Shown: piece after piece, positions 59,478-64,000 of the stretch
How the letters are laid out: every line of letters begins with the position of its first letter
Position numbering within the stretch: position 1 is the first letter of the stretch
Made by a program: the position numbers and the translations under genes
The notes under the pieces: generated by a model
The model's database searches: none
Seen by the model: only the letters and a program-made list of their open reading frames with translations
What the model was told of the DNA's origin: nothing
NCBI GenBank assembly: GCA_965237415.1
Contig: CBDEFM010000002.1
Location: 704,001-768,000, forward strand
DNA from: Alphaproteobacteria bacterium
Lineage (GTDB): Bacteria; Pseudomonadota; Alphaproteobacteria; UBA828
Length of the DNA stretch: 64,000 nucleotides
Direction of reading: 5' to 3'

Positions 59478-62400
59478 GTGGAGACCCGCGAGCTCTTCTG
59501 GGAGATCACCTCCCTCGGCCACACGCTCTTCTTCGTGGTGGCGGGTGGTGCGATGGCCGTGTGCGCGGCCGGTGTCGCCTGGCACGTCTTCCGCTACGCC
59601 CGTGCTCGCCGGAACCCGGTCCCTGTCCATCTGTGGCGCGGCTTCTGGCGAATGGTGTTCGACGTCTTCTCCCAACGGACCGTGCGCCGGCGCGACCGCG
59701 CCGCAGGCCACGCTCACACGCCGATCATGTACGGCTTCCTCCTGCTGCTCGCCGCGACCAGCATCATCACGGTCGAGTACGACATCTCGGAGCCCTTCTT
59801 CGGCTTCACCTTCTGGCATGGCCCCTTCTATCTCGCCTTCAGCCTGATCGCCGACCTCGCTGGCCTCGGGCTGATCGTCGGCGTTGTCTACATGATGTGG
59901 CGCCGCTGGCAGGTGCGGCCTGCGAAGCTCGTCTACCGGCGGGAGTACCGCGGCGAGACCGAGGAGCGGCCGGGCGCGCGCGCTTGGCTGCGCGACGACG
60001 CGCTGTTCCTCTGGGCGCTGCTCCTGATCGGGCTGACCGGCTTCCTCCAGGAAGGGGTGCGGCTTGCCATGGATCAACCGGCCTGGGGACCCTGGTCGCC
60101 GGTCGGCTGGGTGCTCGCCCAGATCTTTCTGGGCTTAGGCATGGACGAGGCGGGGGCTGCTGCCGTGCGCCGGGCCAACTGGTGGATCCACGGTATCGCG
60201 GCATTGGCCTTCATCGCCGCAATCCCCTGGACCAAGGCAAAGCACCTGATTGCCGTGCTGGGCTCGCTGTCGACCCGCGACGCCCTCGCCCTCCGCCGCC
60301 TGCCCAGGCTTGCCGTCGCGGCCGCCGTGGAGGACGCCGAGCCCGACGTGGGGATCGGCAGCATCGGTCAATTCTCGTGGAAAGATCTGCTGAACCTCGA
60401 CGCCTGCACCAAGTGCGGCCGTTGCCACGAGGCCTGCCCGGCTACCGCCAGCGGCGCACCGCTCAGCCCGCGCGACCTGATCCTCGACCTGCGCGCCCAC
60501 GCTGCGCGGAGCGCCTTCAGGCCGAGAGCGAACGGCCCTGCGCTGATTGGCGACGTGATCGAGGCGGAGACGCTGTGGTCCTGCCTCTCCTGCGGCGCCT
60601 GCATGGAGATCTGCCCTGTCGGCATCGAGCACCCACTGATGATCGTGCAGATGCGGCGCCAGCTGGTCGAGGAAGGCGCCATGGACCAGCAGCTCCGCGA
60701 CACCCTCGACATGATCGCCAACCGCGGCAACAGCTTCGGCGAAAGCCCGCGCAGCCGCGGCGGATGGACCGCGGCGCTCGAGTTCCCAGTTAAGGACATC
60801 CGCGCCGAGCCGGCCGAGCATCTCTGGTTCGTCGGCGACTACGCCTCCTACGACCCGCGCAACCAGGACGTGTCGCGCACGGTCGCGCGACTGTTCCGCG
60901 CCGCCGGTCTCGACTTCGGCCTGCTCTACGAAAGCGAGAGGACCGCGGGCAACGACGTGCGCCGGGTCGGCGAGGAAGGGCTCTTCGAATCGCTTGCCGA
61001 TCACAATTTAGCGGCGATGGGCGCGGCAGAGCGCTTTGGCGCGATCGTGACGACCGATCCCCACAGCTACAACACCATCCGCAACGAGTATCCCGACTTC
61101 GGCGACGTTGCGCCGATCCGCCACTACACGAGCGTCCTCGCGGAGCTGTTGGAGAGCGGGCGCCTCACGGTCGCGAAGCCCCTCGGCATGCGGGTGACAC
61201 TCCATGATCCCTGCCATCTCGGCAGGCTCAACGGCCACTACGACGAGCCGCGCCGGGTGCTGGAGCTGATCGGCTGCGAGCTGATCGACATGCCGCGCTG
61301 CCGCGACAACTCGTTCTGCTGCGGCGCCGGCGGCGGGCGCATCTGGATGCCCGATCCCGTCGGCAAGGAGCGGCCCTCCGAGAACCGGATGCACGAGGCG
61401 GCGTCTCTCGGTAATCTCGACGCCTTCGTCGTTTGCTGCCCCAAGGACATGACCATGTTCGAAGACGCCCGCAAGACCAGCGGCCACGAGGGCGACTTCG
61501 TGGTCCAGGACCTGGCGGAGCTGGTCGCGGAGGCGATCGATCTGAAGAGCATCGACCTCAAGGAGGTGCCGGCGCTCGTCGATCGCATCGCCGAGGCTGC
61601 GGCGGTCCGCATCGCCGATGCCGTGACGGATCGGCTGGCCGACCGCCTCGCCGACGCCGTGACCGAGCGCGTGCTGGGCGAGCTTGCCGACCGGGCACCT
61701 CCGGTCGCTGCTGCCGCCGCCGCGTCGACGCAGCCCGCTCCTGCGCCCGAGGCCGAGGTGCAGGAGTCACCGGCGCTCGCCGCCGGCCCGTGGCGCCCGG
61801 CGCCGGTCAGCGCGGCAACACTCCCCCCCTACGAAGTGCCGGAGAAAGATGGCCCCCGTGTACTTGTCGCGGTCAAGCGTGTCGGCGAGTTGAATGCGGA
61901 CTTCGCCATCGACGAAGAGGCGCGCTCAATTGCGGACGAGCATTTCGAGCACGAGCTGAACGAGTGGGACGAGGCGGCACTGGAGGAAGCACTGCTGCTG
62001 ACCGAACGGCTCGGCGCGGGCGAGGTGGTCGCCGTCACCATCGGCCCGGAGGATGCCGAGGACACCCTGCGCCGCGCGCTTGCCAAGGGCGCCCACCGAG
62101 GGGTCAGGGTGTGGGACGAGACCTTGCGCGACGCCGACCCGGTGACCATCGCCCGTGTGCTGGCCGGAGTCGCCGCGCAGGAGACACCGGATATCGTGCT
62201 GACCGGCGCACAGTCGGCCGATCTCGGCCATGGCGCCACGGGCTCCGCGCTCGCCCGCATCCTCGGCTTGCCCCACGCGGCCGTCGTTCTCGGCGTCGAA
62301 TGGGACGGCGGCGACGCGATGACCGTCACCCGCGAGCTCGAAGGCGGCATGCGCCAGCAGATCGCGCTGCCGGCACCGGCGTTGCTCACCGTCCAGACCG

Positions 62401-62627
62401 GCGGCAACACGCCGCGTTACGCCACCATGCGCATGATCAAGCAGGCCAGGAAGAAGCCGATCGCCGCGGTGGATGGCGCGGGCGTGGGCCTCGATCAGGC
62501 CGGTGCTGTTGTGCGCCGCTTGTACGAGCCGCCCAAGTCCGGGCGCGCGGCGATGATCGAAGGTGATGCGGCAGCGGTCGCCAAGGCCATCGCCGAGATC
62601 GTTCGTGAAAAGCGGGGAGACGTGTGA
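59478..62627 (+). CDS. Membrane Fe-S/CCG oxidoreductase (FadF/HdrF/EtfD-like) fused to ETF beta subunit
   Basis: TM region with His, CTKCGRC..ACP, CLSCGAC..CP, HDPCHLGR, CCGAGGG, then EtfB (NEWDEAALEEAL, TGAQS.D, RELEGG, PRY); start GTG 59478. Confidence 0.88.
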   Translation: METRELFWEITSLGHTLFFVVAGGAMAVCAAGVAWHVFRYARARRNPVPVHLWRGFWRMVFDVFSQRTVRRRDRAAGHAHTPIMYGFLLLLAATSIITVEYDISEPFFGFTFWHGPFYLAFSLIADLAGLGLIVGVVYMMWRRWQVRPAKLVYRREYRGETEERPGARAWLRDDALFLWALLLIGLTGFLQEGVRLAMDQPAWGPWSPVGWVLAQIFLGLGMDEAGAAAVRRANWWIHGIAALAFIAAIPWTKAKHLIAVLGSLSTRDALALRRLPRLAVAAAVEDAEPDVGIGSIGQFSWKDLLNLDACTKCGRCHEACPATASGAPLSPRDLILDLRAHAARSAFRPRANGPALIGDVIEAETLWSCLSCGACMEICPVGIEHPLMIVQMRRQLVEEGAMDQQLRDTLDMIANRGNSFGESPRSRGGWTAALEFPVKDIRAEPAEHLWFVGDYASYDPRNQDVSRTVARLFRAAGLDFGLLYESERTAGNDVRRVGEEGLFESLADHNLAAMGAAERFGAIVTTDPHSYNTIRNEYPDFGDVAPIRHYTSVLAELLESGRLTVAKPLGMRVTLHDPCHLGRLNGHYDEPRRVLELIGCELIDMPRCRDNSFCCGAGGGRIWMPDPVGKERPSENRMHEAASLGNLDAFVVCCPKDMTMFEDARKTSGHEGDFVVQDLAELVAEAIDLKSIDLKEVPALVDRIAEAAAVRIADAVTDRLADRLADAVTERVLGELADRAPPVAAAAAASTQPAPAPEAEVQESPALAAGPWRPAPVSAATLPPYEVPEKDGPRVLVAVKRVGELNADFAIDEEARSIADEHFEHELNEWDEAALEEALLLTERLGAGEVVAVTIGPEDAEDTLRRALAKGAHRGVRVWDETLRDADPVTIARVLAGVAAQETPDIVLTGAQSADLGHGATGSALARILGLPHAAVVLGVEWDGGDAMTVTRELEGGMRQQIALPAPALLTVQTGGNTPRYATMRMIKQARKKPIAAVDGAGVGLDQAGAVVRRLYEPPKSGRAAMIEGDAAAVAKAIAEIVREKRGDV

Positions 62628-63592
62628 TGACCGGTATCCTCGTCGTCGCCGAGCATTTCGATGGGCTCCTGCGCGATGTCACACTGGAGATGATCGGCGC
62701 TGCCGCCGCGGTCAAGGATGGCCTCGGCGGGCCGTTGACCGTCCTCGTCATCGGTCATGACGCCGAGGCGCTCGCCAACGCCGCCAACCGGGAAGGGGTC
62801 GACGAGATCGTCACCGTGGCCTCTCCCGATTCGCATTTCGATCCTGCCCTTTATGAAGAGGCTGTCTGCGCCGTCGCCGAGGCCAGGCAGGCGCGCCTGG
62901 TGCTGATCGGCCATACCGCGGCCGGCATGGCCTTTGGGCCGGCGGTCGCCGCGCGCCTCGGCTCAGGCTTTGCATCCGATGTATTCGAGCTCTCGCTCGA
63001 AGGCGCTGAGCCCATCGCGAGTCGCGGTGGCTACGGCGGCAAGGTCGCAATGGACCTTGCCTTCCCTGACAAGCCTGTAGTCGTGCTGACGCTGCGGGGC
63101 GCGACGTTCAAGGCGCCGGAAGAAGCCGGCAACGCGAGCATCGTCCCGTTCGCGGTCGAGTTGGACAGCGTACCGGGCGCCGGCCGTCACATCGACTATC
63201 TGCCGGCCCCGCCCGCCGACGTGGACATCGGCAAGGCGGAATTCATCCTCTCGGTCGGACGCGCCATCCAGGAAGACAAGAACCTGCCCCAGTTTGCGGC
63301 GCTCGCAGACCGGCTCGGGGCCACCCTCGGTTGCTCGCGCCCGGTCGCGGATTCGGGCTGGCTGCCGAAGGCTCACCAGGTCGGGCAGTCCGGCACGATC
63401 GCGAACAACTGCTCGCTCTACCTGGCGCTCGGCATCTCGGGCGCGGTCCAGCATCTGGCCGGGATGAAGCACGTGGACACCATCATCGCGGTCAATACCG
63501 ACCCGGAGGCGCCGATCTTCAACGTCGCGCACCACGGCGCCTGCGTGGATATCTTCGAGCTCGCCGAGGCCCTGGAGCGCGAGTTCAGCTGA
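62624..63592 (+). CDS. etfA: Electron transfer flavoprotein alpha subunit
   Basis: SRPVAD, QVGQSG, GISGAVQHLAGM, AVNTDPEAPIF. Confidence 0.93.
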   Translation: MMTGILVVAEHFDGLLRDVTLEMIGAAAAVKDGLGGPLTVLVIGHDAEALANAANREGVDEIVTVASPDSHFDPALYEEAVCAVAEARQARLVLIGHTAAGMAFGPAVAARLGSGFASDVFELSLEGAEPIASRGGYGGKVAMDLAFPDKPVVVLTLRGATFKAPEEAGNASIVPFAVELDSVPGAGRHIDYLPAPPADVDIGKAEFILSVGRAIQEDKNLPQFAALADRLGATLGCSRPVADSGWLPKAHQVGQSGTIANNCSLYLALGISGAVQHLAGMKHVDTIIAVNTDPEAPIFNVAHHGACVDIFELAEALEREFS

Positions 63593-63602
63593 TTGGCTTT
63601 GG

Positions 63603-64000
63603 CTATAATTGCAGCGGCGCAGATCGCTCCAGGACGCGAATACGACTCAGCAACTGGTCCCGGTCCACATAGCAACCCTGCAGGTGCCGCCGGCCGGTCG
63701 AGGGATCGAAGGCGGCGCGCCCGTGCAGCACCCGGCGATTGTCGAACACCAATAGCTCGCCCGGCCGCAGGCGATAGCGACATTCCAATGCCGGATCGCG
63801 AATCACTGCTGCGAAGGCGCGGAGCGCGCGGCAAAGCGCGCCCATCTGGCCCGCCGGGGCGTCGATCGGGTCCATCACCGCGAAATTGAACCGTACCTCG
63901 GTCACCGCACCGGCCTCGTCCAGGCCGATGGTGGGGGCACGGAAGCGAATGTCCGACTCCCTGTCCTGGAAACGAAAATCGATGGAGGACTGGCTTAGTA
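63603..64000 (-). CDS. TauD-family dioxygenase (gamma-butyrobetaine hydroxylase-like), 5' partial
   Basis: Frame open to window edge; FDNRRVLHGR, RHLQGCY. Confidence 0.88.
   Translation of the reverse strand, partial: LSQSSIDFRFQDRESDIRFRAPTIGLDEAGAVTEVRFNFAVMDPIDAPAGQMGALCRALRAFAAVIRDPALECRYRLRPGELLVFDNRRVLHGRAAFDPSTGRRHLQGCYVDRDQLLSRIRVLERSAPLQL

Overview
High-GC chromosomal window from an alphaproteobacterium (inferred from the mutY-dciA-dsbA-smc-atpIBEF'F order, the split Fo operon and a SAM-II riboswitch before metZ). It mixes housekeeping genes (mgtE, maeB, Fo ATP synthase, smc, mutY, guaA, metZ, tRNA-Arg, tRNA-Pro) with many small-molecule catabolic genes (ABC/TRAP transporters, PhyH/TauD dioxygenases, SDRs, hydantoinase pair, Mo-hydroxylase large subunit, GS-like ligase, ETF system). 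Several genes are decaying: two deletion-fusion pseudogenes, a frameshift, a toxin relic and a MITE-disrupted gene. Mobile DNA comprises one intact IS1595-family element and two distinct MITE-like elements that the ORF track does not show. The best novelty candidates are an islet gene encoding a Swt1-like HEPN RNase domain preceded by 13 tandem 16-aa repeats, a MutY-TPR-2OG-Fe(II) oxygenase in-frame fusion, a membrane Fe-S oxidoreductase fused to EtfB, and an ATP synthase b subunit with an apparently duplicated membrane anchor. No CRISPR array, reverse transcriptase or phage genes were seen. All family calls come from motif recognition, not database searches.
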